NCBI GenBank assembly: GCA_020536535.1
Contig: JAHLWZ010000257.1
Location: 1-40,431 of the forward strand
DNA from: Pelomyxa schiedti
Taxonomy: Eukaryota; Protista; Evosea
Direction: 5' to 3'
DNA: 40,431 nucleotides
A model generated the notes under the pieces. It ran no database searches. It was not told the DNA's origin and worked only from the letters and a program-made list of their open reading frames with translations. Of this stretch, positions 1-15,900 are shown piece after piece. How positions within the stretch are numbered: position 1 is the first letter of the stretch; every line of letters starts with the position of its first letter. The position numbers were made by a program, and so were the translations under genes.

Positions 1-663
1 TCTCGTCGCCACGACCTATTTTCGGGTCACAGTTGCTAAAGTCAAAAGCAACTGCCCACAGCCGTGACGTCACAGCCGCAGAAGCCGCAGTTGCCTCCCC
101 ATTTCCGCGACCAGGAGCGAATCCCCACGAGACTTCGACAGGCTGCGTCAACGGTCCCAAGTGCCTGGTGCCCGGCAAGTCCCATAACTGCATTCTCATC
201 TGGTCGTTTACGACGCACCACTTGCCGTTGCACGCGGTGCGGCCCTGCCACTCCCCCACGAGGATCTGGGAGCACGACGGCGGCGACGACGACGAAGAGA
301 GCGACCACGGCGGCCGCCCGGGGTCCGGCACTAGATCGCCCACAACCAGCCCGCGGCACCGTGGGGGTCGCGCCACAGCGCCGCGGGGCCGACGACGCCG
401 CCGGTGTGGGAGAGGCACAGCGAGACGGCGGAGCGGTGGTCCGCCAGGGCGGGCGCGGGGCCCAGCAGGAGGCACAGCAGCACGCGGAAGGCGGCGCGGC
501 GGGCGACCCACCGGCGGCCGATGGAGGAGACAACAGAGGGGTCGAGCAGCCGCACGGGGCTAGCGGCGCCGCCGCGGCGGGAGGAGGAGCAGCGAGGGAC
601 CAGGCGCCCCGCCGCGAAAGATACGAACTGCGCCCCCCCGGAGACGAAGACGTTAAGCGCCAT
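1..663 (-). pseudogene. 5' part of the orphan-family/MIF4G gene copy (paralog/allele of 15901-18256), frameshifted by a 73-nt deletion; continues off the window
   Basis: MALNVFVSGGAQFVSFAAGRLVPRC... is near-identical to the 18256 gene; the segment equivalent to 17881-17953 is missing, giving a premature stop at 331. Confidence 0.65.
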
Positions 664-953
664 CAAATGGGAGAACAATCAAAATGCTGTCCCGTTCCTG
701 TCTGCTGTATATTCTTTTCACTCAATTCTTGGCCGGCACCTAACCGAGAGTAAACTTTCTCTTTGTCAGGCTAAACGGGAGGGGAACTTCAGGTCAGAGT
801 GATAAAAATGATCATGGAACAACAAACTCACAGAAAAGTGGTTCCCCGACTCGTCAATTTTTTACGAAACGAATCGTCGTAAGAGTTACATACACACGGG
901 TTTTGACCGCGACAACGCGACATTAAAGATCTGTTAACTGAGGGGATTTGTGA

Positions 954-2995
954 ATGGTGAAACTGACTGCTGAGACTGTGCAACAAAAACTTGGGCGTAG
1001 GGTGCCCTACGCCACAACGTCGGAGCTGTCACTCCAAAACATGCAGATCGAAGCCGTGTGTCCCTTCTTTTAGAAAAAAAAAGGAATGCAACTGCAGCGT
1101 TTCTTTCTAAAGTGCCCCGAAGATTGGGAACATGGAGAAATTCACTGTTTTGGAGAAGGTTGATTTAAGAGGGAACAGATTCCGATTCCCACGTGAAATA
1201 GAAGGCACGTCTATTGCTACATCTTCTCAATGCAATCAATAATACTTATACTTTTTATTTCCTTATTTGCAGCTTTGGGTGCAATCAAGGTACACATACA
1301 TTTAAATGAGCATATGGTGTATTTACTTTCGGGAACAGACACTAAGAAACCTGAACCTCAGTGGGGCACAGCTTTGTAGGTCTCCCAACTACAGACTTAC
1401 TGTTATTGGCATCATACCCAGTCTCACTGTATTGGATGATGTACCTATTACAGAGGTATTTGAGAGCTTTACAGTTCCTGAATTCTAATAGTATTGGCAG
1501 GAAGAACGCCAAAAAGCACAGCAACTGAAGGAGAATCCCGCCTCAGCTGTATGCATCAGTGTAATTTTGCTTCAAATTCTTAAAAACCCAAAGGTACCTA
1601 AGCGAGGTGATCCTGCGAAAGAGCTCTCTGATAGTGACGATGATGCCGGTCCCCCAGCTCTGGGTCCAATTGACATATGTATGCAACTACAACAAATTCC
1701 ATCGTTTAACTGAGCTTAGTGACTAAACCAACTCCAGAGCCACTGAAAGCAGCACAACCACAACCACAACCACAACTGCAACCGGAAGCACAAGCACAGG
1801 CACAACCGCAGCCGCAACCACAAGCACAGCCACAACCACAACTGCAGGCACACCCACAACCAACACCAGTTACTACCCTAAAATCTGAGCCAGTCGCTGA
1901 CGACCCACTTCGAATGTCTGACCCCCTTAGGACTGCTCTTCCAGTAAACACTACTGCTAAAACTTCTTCCCCCCTAGAGATACCGCCCAAAGCCACCCCC
2001 AAGACTACTGGAACATCAAAGGCAGCGGAACCACTTCCCACCCCGAATCAAACGCCAGCCGCAAAATCCACAACAACAGTAACGCCATCTCCGTCTTCCA
2101 AAGTGCATAAAGAGGTACCTGTGCAAGTAGAACCTGAGCCCGCAACTAAAGTAACTGCGAAGTCAGCACCGGCTTCAGTCACGAAATCAAGCACTCCGGC
2201 TCAAAAAAGTGATGCAACACCCTCTGCAACCCCAAAAGTTGAGGCAATACCAAAAGCACCCCCAAAATCTGATCCAACCCCAAAAGTTGCTCCCACAGCT
2301 GAGCCAGCGCCAAAAGTTGCACAACCTCCAGCCGAGCCAACACCTGTCGCAACACCCAATACTAACACAGCACCAAAAGTTTCTCCCACACCCAAGTCCA
2401 CAACAACCCCGGCGCCAAAGGTTGACCCAAAAACCTCTTCAACTGCTGAGCCGGCAACACCAAAACCAGCAGTTGCCACACACCAAACTGAGGCCCGAAG
2501 CACAAAAACTGAACCAGCCTCAAGTGTTACCAAAGCAGCACCAACAGCAAAAACAGTGAGTGCTACCAAGCAAACACCACCTCAAAAAACTACGAGAGAA
2601 GACCCAGACAGTGGTGATGAATTTCAGGATTCCCGATCTAAACTGAAGATATCGGCCAAGATTCCTCAGGTACTAATCCCATTCATACCCTCCTCTTTAC
2701 TGACCCCAAATAACAAGGGTACCGGAAATACTGCCCGCCCTCAGCCAATCAAGAAAGTTGATGCCGATGTTTCTATTCTACAAGACCGGGAAGATATTCT
2801 TCAAAAAACCGAATCCCTTTTTGATGTGAAACCAAAGCGGCCGAACCCCCAGCCCCTCCCAACAGATATTGACCTTGATGATGAAGATGACCTCGTGAGT
2901 ATTCTCATTCTTCTATCACCGGGCACTCTCTAATATCGCATACAGCTCAAAGACCTCGACGATGACGAGGACCTGGATTTTCTTTCCCACCCAAC
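954..2995 (+). CDS. LRR/LRR-cap protein (U2A'/CFAP410-like N-terminus) with a long Pro/Thr/Lys/Gln-rich tail; copy 1, truncated by the gap; multi-exon
   Basis: Spliced translation MVKLTAETVQQKLGRRVPYATTSELSLQNMQIEA|IGNMEKFTVLEKVDLRGNRF...LRNLNLSGAQLCRSPNYRLTVIGIIPSLTVLDDVPITE|EERQKA contains LxxLxLxxN repeats and the LRRcap motif YRxxVIxxxPxLxxLD. Confidence 0.8.
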
Positions 2996-3095
2996 NNNNN
3001 NNNNNNNNNNNNNNNNNNNNNNNNNNNNNNNNNNNNNNNNNNNNNNNNNNNNNNNNNNNNNNNNNNNNNNNNNNNNNNNNNNNNNNNNNNNNNNN
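2996..3095. other. Assembly gap (100 N, probably an unknown-size placeholder)
   Basis: Run of 100 n. Confidence 0.99.
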
Positions 3096-3101
3096 ACAGG
3101 G

Positions 3102-4103
3102 TTTTGACTGGAACACAAAGTGCGCCACTTGGGTTCCTAGTGGCGCACTTCCGGACACTGTATTTACAGCAGGATTTTCCATTCCGCGGCGCACTTTGTG
3201 TTGGAGTGGAAAAAAAGTCACTCAAACTGTGTGTCTATTGCAGGGAACTGAAGGTTCTCTTGTGTGTCACCTCACAGGAACCCAAGCTCAGTGAAATCAG
3301 AAATCAAGAGTATTGACAACACCCTATTTCCTCCAGAAACACCCCAACAGCAGGAAACCAGTGGGACAGGTTACCCCCTTGTACCTTACAAGGCACGACG
3401 CACACATCATTGCCAACAGTTGAGAAAGACACACACTTGAGGGTGATGGGTGGTCTGTGTTGTGTCATGCCTGCAATTTCTGCTCCCTGCTGGGAGACCT
3501 CCATGGCATAGATAGGGATGGATGGGATCTGGCATCAGTGGCATCACCTTCACCCACCACCCCAAACCAATTGTCTCCCCCCCCGCTCCCCCTCACCAAA
3601 CACCCAACACAGAACCGAAATTGACACGGAGAGTGCGCGACAATCAGCAGAGCACTCACAAGTTCACGTTTCACGGCATCGGCATTGAGAAAACACAAAG
3701 TGCGCCACTCGGCGCACTTTGAGCAAAGTGCGCCAAGTGGCACCATGGCGCACTTTGTGTCACGGTGTTGGTCCAGTCAAAAAACACAAAGTGCGCCGGT
3801 CGGTCGGCGCACTTTGTGTTCGTGGTGGTAGAGTGTTGTGGTTCACCTGGAAAACGTGTTGTTCGGTTGTTTGAGCCAGTGTACAACACAAAAAACGTTG
3901 GGGGCACACGATTCCCACCATTTATTCATGATTTTTAGTAAATCCAAAAAATCACCGTCAAAGTGACATGACACAAAGTGCGCCGCGGCGCACTTTGTGT
4001 CACGTGGTTTTTCAGAGTCGGTTCGCCAAAGTGCCCATTTGGCGCACTTTGTGTTCAATGTCCGCTCAGGCGCACTTTGAGACAATGAAACACAAAGTGC
4101 GCC
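3102..4103. mobile_element. Putative non-autonomous DNA transposon/foldback-like element with clustered inverted copies of CACAAAGTGCGCC
   Basis: 7 forward copies (3114, 3694, 3724, 3785, 3972, 4027 variant, 4091) and 8 reverse copies (3142 partial, 3188, 3711, 3747, 3806, 3987, 4041, 4069); ttttgactgg (3102) is inverted at 3773-3782; no convincing ORF; lies next to a gap and a decapitated gene. Confidence 0.55.
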
Positions 4104-4110
4104 AGCGTGA

Positions 4111-5597
4111 ACCAGTTATGATGATCTCGAGGAGGAGGAGGGAGTTGTGATAAAGGAAGTGGCGGCCGTGTTGCTTGGGTTGTGTTGTGGTGGCCACGTC
4201 GAGGCGGCCCGGAAGTTGTTTGGTGGCCCACGCGAATCCCACGGCGATCCCACGCTGCCATCATTGTGGGATGGGCGCGTGGTGGCCGCCTGGGCCAGTG
4301 TAACCGATGCGCGTGCCAGCGGTAATAATAATGTGGGAGGGAGGGCCCTGAGTGACAAGGTGAGGGAGTATGTGAGGGCTGAGTGTGGCTCATACCCAGT
4401 GTTCACTGTTGTGTCCAGGGCAGGCCGCGTTGATTCCATCAGGTGGTTGGCTTCCACGCTCGAAATTGCGAGGGAGGACGCGCCGTGGATTCTCCCAAAG
4501 TTCCCACTGTCAGTGGCCTTGCGCTATGGGAACATGGATGTCGCGGCGTGTCTCTTTGAAGAGGTTGGTTTTTCCAACCTGCCCTCAAGCACTCTTGAAA
4601 TGGAGCTTTTTTGTTGTGCTGACGGCAAATCACCCTCCAAGGTAAAGTGGTGTGCTGACAAGTTCTCAGTGACTCTGCGTGAAGAAAACGTGATATATCA
4701 GCTCTTAACAAACAAGCACAGCACGGTTGAAGATTGCCTGTGGATGGAAGACTATACTCGTCACAAAAGAGGCGTGGCTCCAATCATCTTTAAAGCAATC
4801 AAGAATGTTGATATTGCCAAGTGGGTGTTGTCAATCAGCCGAGAGGACAGCCCAGATACCGTCGACGAGCTCTTGCAAAGCGTCGGAGACGTGTCACTTG
4901 CAGAGTGGCTTGTCACAGAAAAGCACTTCGAACCAACTACACACACGTTCGAGTTGGCATGTTGCACACCAACGAAGAAAGGATCCTCCCTTGCAAGGTG
5001 GCTTTCAAAGAGAGTGACACTCTCACAGTCTGACATCCTCACCTCCTTTACCAAGGCACTAAGATGTGAAGTGGATGATCCAGCAGTTCCACCTCGAGTC
5101 CAGCCACATCAGAGCCAACAACAACAAGCTCCTTTTCAAGCTGCTCTCCAGAAATAAGAACAGGTGCGCAGAGTGGCTCATTGACTCGTTCGGCATTCCC
5201 TTCTCTGATGTGTGTAAATTCGGCTGTTCCTTCCAACTTACCAATAGCAAACAACCAACAGATTGTTGAGATGGCCAAACTGTGCAATTCCACTGGTTCT
5301 TTTGAGTGTGAGTGGGACCTCGCAGGCTGGCAGATGATCCTGAGGAAGTACCACAGCCACATCGACACATCGGTGATTCGCCAGCACCTGATGCCAATCG
5401 TGACACTGTCACCGCACATTGCAATCTTCACAATGCTCCGTTTCGGCATCACACTCTCGGAAGTTAAGGCCAACAAACACTCGGCCTGGGCCAAACCATT
5501 GGTCCACACCTGGCTTCAACAACAAAGCCCAGCGTCCTCTCTAATTGCAGACAGCAGTTGGATCACAGGGGCTAAGCCGAAACACTTGGGTGAATAA
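4111..5597 (+). pseudogene. Lineage-expanded helical-repeat (ankyrin-like) orphan family member; 5'-truncated and internally frameshifted
   Basis: The frame opens after TGA at 4108 with no ATG before KEVAAVLLGLCCGGH; repeated helix motifs (GNMDVAACL, NVDIAKWV, GDVSLAEWL); the frame jumps near 5065 to VKWMIQQFHLE...CAEWLIDSF; a probable intron ~5210-5261 leads to IVEMAKL... Confidence 0.65.
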
Positions 5598-5695
5598 AAT
5601 TTTAGTCAACAGACTTACACGGTTATTCCTTGTTTATTTTGTTGGTTTTGAGGTGATGGTACTGTTTTTTTTTTTTGTGTTGCTGGGTTTGGTGG

Positions 5696-8600
5696 TTACA
5701 TTCTGCCAAACTGGGATATACTACGCCTTGCTGTGATGCCGCTTGTTGTGGTTGTTGCCGATGACCCCGGAGAGTACCCTGGTCTCTTTTTCTTGTTGAA
5801 GGTGTTGAGGTTTGATGGCGGGGGCATGTACCTCGCCGGCCGGTGTGGCTGTTGTTGTGATGGTGCCGGCTGTTGCGGCCTTGGTAGTGCCGGTGCTGTA
5901 GCACTCTTGCCACCACCCATCCCTGAGAAGGGACTGGCGCGGAAGGGATCGCGGCTGTTGGCATTGCCTTCCTTTGTCTTCTTGTAGTATGTTCCCCACT
6001 GGGCGTTGATGACCGGTGTTGGGCTGCCGGTGGTTGTTGTGTTGGAATTACTGTATGTGTTGTAGGGCTGGCGTGGGCCAAAGCCTCCGCGGCCACGGCC
6101 CCGGCCTCTGCCGGTAGTGAAACTGCTGCTGGGTTGTTGTTCTGTGTGTGGCTGGGTGGTGGGTTGGAACATCTCGTGTTTTCTTGAGGGTGTTGGAGCG
6201 GATTCCGCATAGTTGAGGTATTCATCCCAGCCGGTTTCCAGGCCTTTGGCAACTTCTTCTACGTTGGGTGTAGTGTCTTGAGTTGGCCCTGTCTCCGACT
6301 CCAGCTTTATGCTCCTCGTTGTACCAGTAGAAATCTCCCTCCTCCTTTTGGGTGGGGCAAGGCCTTGTCTCGCAAATTCTGCGGCAATTTGCCTCCTTCT
6401 TTTTCTGGTTTCTGGATCATTCCTCCATAAAACGTCTAATACCGGTTTCAGGGTTCCAGATTCCAGACGCTTCTGGAAGTCTGCATCTGATGAAGTTTCT
6501 TCAGCAAGGCCTGCTTTAGCCGCCTTGAAGTGTGCCCCTTGGTACATCTGAGCTTCTGCTACAGGGTCTCGTGTTACGTAGGGGGCAATGGCCTTGTTTA
6601 CAGTAAGATAAGAAAATACACAACAAGGTACCCTCAGAGGAACGACTTCCTGCAAATCCTCATCCTCCATAGCAAGTATTTGCTCAGGTGTCAGGCCATA
6701 TGAGCACTTGGGCACTTCCGTGTAATGAAACCTGAAAGGAACTCCAGATACCTTGGAGAAGAGTGTTGGAGCTGAACAACAAAAGAGAAATGTTAACTTT
6801 ATCTTCGTACTCCATATCATGCCACTTAGCAAGCAGCGCTCTTATTTCAGCTTCTTCGTTTTCTAGCATAGCTGCTTTGTGGTTTTGTATTTCTTCCTGC
6901 TCCTCATCACCGGACTTCTCCTAATAAAGATCAGACCTACACGATTCTAACCAAAGGAAAACTACTTCATCACCCTTGTTCAATATTTTGCCCATCAGTT
7001 TGTCATAGGCATCAGCATCCCAACCACTATCGAGGAGCTCTTCCACTTCTACCCAATCAGCAGCTAGAAGTATTATAATTAACGGTGAGAGAACAATGGG
7101 AATTTCACACCTGCCAGTCCGCATCTGTCACGAACCTCATTTACTGCCTTGGTTATTTTCCCTTTTTGTATCATCTTTTCTTTCTTCAGTTTGGCTGCCA
7201 TCCTACAATACATTAATTCCCCTAGTAACGGGGAGGTAAATTACTCTTCTTTTTTTTCGATTTCCTTCAGTTTATGTGCTTCCTTTTTCCTCTGTTTATC
7301 AAGGTCTTTCCTCCGCATTGAGGGAAGGTTGCGAGGGTAAAACTGTATTTGTTGGGAAAGTCTAAGAGGGTAAGTTATCTTGCAACAGGAGGTTTTTTTT
7401 ACCTTTCTTCGTCTAATGTCCCACTACGGACATCTGGTGCGTCACCACTTCCACCGAGGTAGCTCAACTTTGTAGGAGGAGCAATGATGGTAACTGGTGG
7501 TGGTTCGTCAGCAGTACTGTCAGCTTCTTCCTTTTTTATTTCTGTCGCAGGTTTGGGGGCCGAAATCTCGGGAGTGGTAGTTTCGTCTGTCTGTGAGGTT
7601 GTTGTTTCCCAAGTAATTCGTTTACAACTCTTCTTGGTTGAGGTCTTTCCATAGTCACTGAGTCCAAAATTGTACTCTTCTTCAAAAGCTGCCCCCTTCT
7701 CAATTTCTTCCTCATCTACCTCGTCCACATCAGTCTGGGTAATACCGGTAACACTAGAAGCGGGACCACTTCCCGTTGTATCAAAGCAGGAACAACTGCT
7801 TGGTAAAACACCAGGTGCTCCAGCCTTTTTGTTGGCTGATGGAACAATTCCCTGAGTTCCATTTTCTTCCCACATTCTGTTGAATATATATGACCTCAGG
7901 AACTTCTCATCAGGATCCACCGTGGATTCATTCCAGAATTTTTGCAGAAGATCCTCTGCAATGACAACTGGCTGAAACTAATTTCAAAATTAGGTACATT
8001 TGCCGATTGTTGGTAGCAAACTGTTGCTTTTTCTCCAAGTTTTCCAATGACCTCCGGGTGGTCTTTCTTCCATCTGATGAATTTTTCTTCCTCTTCAGCC
8101 AACTGTACTCAAATTAAATACTATTCATGAAGAAGAAACTTCTGCACCTCCGCCTCTGTCTTCTGGCGGACAGCAACGAAGTCATCATTTGTTCCACTTT
8201 CCGTTTTTTCCAAGGGGTTCAATGTCGAGCCAGCAGCAACTTCTTCTGCTGCTTTTAGAAACTCATTTTTGATCTTTTCTTGTGCTTCACTGTCTTTCTC
8301 AAGGTCTGCCTGAGTTAAGTTACTTGGATTTATCTTGATACAATAAAGTTACTGGAGGTTCTGGCTCTGGAGCAACAGGTTCCACAAAGCCTTTCTTCTT
8401 CTTTTCCTTCTTTGTGTTAACCAGAGCCCCCCATGTAATTCTTTCGTCCAAGTCCTTTGTTTTCATGAAGTCGGGAGCCTCTGACCGCCTTCTAATTCGG
8501 CGGATATCGGTTAACGAGGCCTCTAGGGAAGAAAAAAAAGGCATGTGAGAAAACTCCATGGTGCAACAAAAAAACAAGAAACAAAACAGGGAAACCAAAA

Positions 8601-9176
8601 AAAAAAAAAAAAAAAAGCATAGGATAACATACTGGGGAAAGGTGCGTTCTTCAACACGGAGTCGGCGTTCTCCTGTATCGCGGGTAACACCCGCAGGAAC
8701 TGCTCGTGCCACGATATTGGCTCGTCCACGCCCCCGACCTGCTCAAAGTCGTCCTCGTCAGCATAATCCTCGTCCTCGTCAGTGAGGTCCTCCGCCCCAG
8801 AGTACTCCACGACGTCGTCGTCGTCATCATCTTCATCGTCGTCCTCCTCCTCGCCATCTTCGTCTTCATCTTCCTCCCGGTCATCTCCGCCACTCCCGTC
8901 GTTCTCGGCGTCAGATTTACCAGGAGTTGCCGTGGCACCACCGGCGGAAGCGGATTTTTTAGCCGGCGAGGCCCCATCGTTAAGCGCAGACTCCCACAAG
9001 CTCAGCACGTTTGTTTTCACAACAACAGGTGTCGCCGTCGGTGGCGGCGAATCTAGATCCTTAGATTGATCTCCCTTTTCGCCACTACTCGCCTGTTGTC
9101 GCACATCCGGCCTCGACACCCTCGCCTTCATCTCGCCCTCAATTAATTTCTGCAACTGCAGAAAAGAACGCTTCAT
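5696..9176 (-). CDS. KRI1: KRI1 family protein (40S ribosome biogenesis factor), multi-exon
   Basis: Acidic N-terminus, then EQFLRVLPAIQE, DEKFLRSYIFNRMW, FEEEYNF, YPRNLPSMR, WDADAYDKLM and the KRI1 C-terminal motif FRFHYTEVPKCSYGLTPEQILAMEDEDL. Confidence 0.85.
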
Positions 9177-9291
9177 AGAACAACCCTCGAGTTGCAGTTT
9201 CTATGTTTCTAAGAATTTCCCGAGGCATTGCTCCCCTGCGGCGAGGTGCCTCCGCGTGGCTCCCGTGGAAATAAACACTTTGACAAAATAA
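9177..9291. promoter_or_regulatory. Probable bidirectional promoter between KRI1 and the USP gene (115 bp)
   Basis: Divergent ATGs at 9176(-) and 9292(+); positional inference only. Confidence 0.4.
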
Positions 9292-13926
<4,635 letters not shown>

Positions 13927-14182
13927 AGCACAACAGCTCAACCTGCTGAATTGTGCATAGCAGCCACCCATCCTGTACATAGTACCTTGTCTAGGCAGAA
14001 AGAAAAATAATCAGAATAATGATTTGCATGTGACTCCCTGCTCCCCTGAGAACTCGCTCTCTGTGCAGTTCCCAGTCACGAAACAATAATCGTCGGACAA
14101 CGTGGCTGTAGTTGCCTGCCTGTGTCTGTTTGCCAAGAAAAATTCAACAAAAAAAAAAAAAAATTGAACTGTGGGTGGGGTG

Positions 14183-15862
14183 ATGAGTCGTGCTACCGGA
14201 GGTAGTTACAGCAACAGCAGATCTGCGGCCTACAGCAAATATGCCCCTCAGAAACCAAGGCAACACACCTTTCCTTGCACCAGTGACTGTGCAACTTGAC
14301 AAAAAAAAAAAAACACCAAAATAACATATGTTTGGTGCAGGTACTATTGTGAGTACTGTCACACTTGGATTCAAGTGAACGCCGCTGTGCGTGAGTGGAA
14401 TGCCTTTTGCAATTTTACTTGATTGATTGCTCGTATACAACCTTGTTTGTTTATTTAATGTCTCAACAGGCAAGAGCTCAACACGAGAGTGGTTTCAGAC
14501 ACAAGGAGAACGTTAGCCACTTTCTCACAGAGGCAAGGAAAAAACAAAGGAGTGAGGATATCGCCACTCGGGAAGTTACAAATGAACTGAAGAAAATAGA
14601 AAAGGCATGTTCGATGCAAATTCGCTTATCTCACCAACAGATAGATAGCACAGCGGCAGTACGAAGCGGACCTAGCGGGAATCGAACTTACTGCCTCCAA
14701 AGCTGCTGACGACCTCGAGTTTGAGGAAAATGTCCAGAGAGAATTGATGCGACAACGTCAGAATAAACCCAACCGCCCAAACGCTGATTTTGCGGTACCT
14801 CCACCTCCGAAGATTCCTCACATTATTCCCCAACTTCCCGCTATGCCACAAATGGCACAGCCCATAAGTATGTATCCACAAGTCCAAACATTCCAATTTA
14901 CTGTAAACAGCTATGTACCTTGCCATGCCAATACAAAGCCCGGAATCGCCCTTTGGTCTACCACCAGGCGTTACAACAATTCCAGTAACCACAATGGAAA
15001 CGTCGTCATCTGGCATTTCTTTCCCTTCTGCACAAACTCCAATTGCACCGGAAGAACCCCCTGCGTACTCTGACAAAGAAGCCCCCATGCCTGGACCCTG
15101 GACCCCCGTCAGTGCTGCAGAGTCGCCATTCACGCGCTCCACTTATGTTCCAAACCCAGTCAAAGTGAAACCAAGGAAAGAAGCAAGCACTGAGTACCAC
15201 ACAGACAGTTCTGACGAGTCGGGAGGCGAGAGTGACGAAGATGAAGAACAGAGGTTATATCTTTCATTTCCCTACTCCACTAAATCTTTTTCAGCGACGA
15301 CGGAGGTGATTCTGATTCTGGGGGTCCTCCACCTGCTTTGGACCTTACTGCAGTTGCCAAGCCAAGAAGGGACCCAATAACGATATCTCTCTCCTTAGGG
15401 AAAAAAGGTGACTCCAAGAGGCAGCAACCTATCATGTGGCCCACAACCAAGCCACAATCTACAAACACCTCACCCAGCACTCCGGCACCAGCCGCTACCA
15501 CCACAACAACGAGTACAACATCCTCCTCTAGTACCACCGCATCAGCAACCCAACCCAACAGCGTGGAGGAGGGACCCACCATCACGCCTCCAATATCAGA
15601 CACACCCGGTACTATCAAGCCGGACCCAGACGCCCCCGAGATAGACCCACAAGCACCCATTACCACCAAGCCGGCAACCCCACCAACAACCGCAGTAACG
15701 AATACCACCACCACCACACCAACAACTGCAGCAACAGAATCGGCCACCAACCAACAATCGGCCGCAAGCACAGACAACAACATCAACAGACCACCGGCAA
15801 CAGGATTCACCATGGTTCCATCAAAGAAGGGCAACATGAGGCAATTCCGCAAGAGGCTATGA
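14183..15862 (+). CDS. U1C/matrin-type zinc-finger protein (WBP4/FBP21-like N-terminus) with Pro/Thr-rich C-terminus, multi-exon
   Basis: Spliced MSRATGG...QKPR|YYCEYCHTWIQVNAA|ARAQHESGFRHKENV gives C-x2-C-x13-H-x5-H, followed by a helix ELKKIEK...QYEADL; basic C-terminus KKGNMRQFRKRL. Confidence 0.75.
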
Positions 15863-15900
15863 TTGCACTTGTAACTTAACACAACTTCTTCCATCTTCCA

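Larger units (their letters stand above)
1..2995 (+). repeat. Segmental duplicate (or unmerged haplotype) of 17520-20585, ending exactly at the N gap
   Basis: Position 1 tctcgtcgccacgacc = 17520; both copies run collinearly to ...tctttcccacccaac (2995/20585), with scattered SNPs and indels. Confidence 0.95.

Noticed and set aside
33-802. Several long plus-strand Arg/Gly/Ala-rich ORFs (also ~17580-18335 and 34750-35287)
   Set aside because: Stop-poor shadows of GC-rich coding sequence in another frame or strand
954-1530. Assigning SNRPA1 (U2A') because of MVKLTAE
   Set aside because: Fewer LRRs than U2A', a very long unrelated tail, and similar resemblance to CFAP410; orthology is not established
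1706-2041. CGCGCA metallothionein-like ORF (also 19295-19648)
   Set aside because: Antisense shadow of the QPQPQ repeat in the LRR gene
3102-4103. CRISPR array
   Set aside because: Repeats occur in both orientations with irregular spacing, are only 13 bp, no cas genes are present, and the context is eukaryotic
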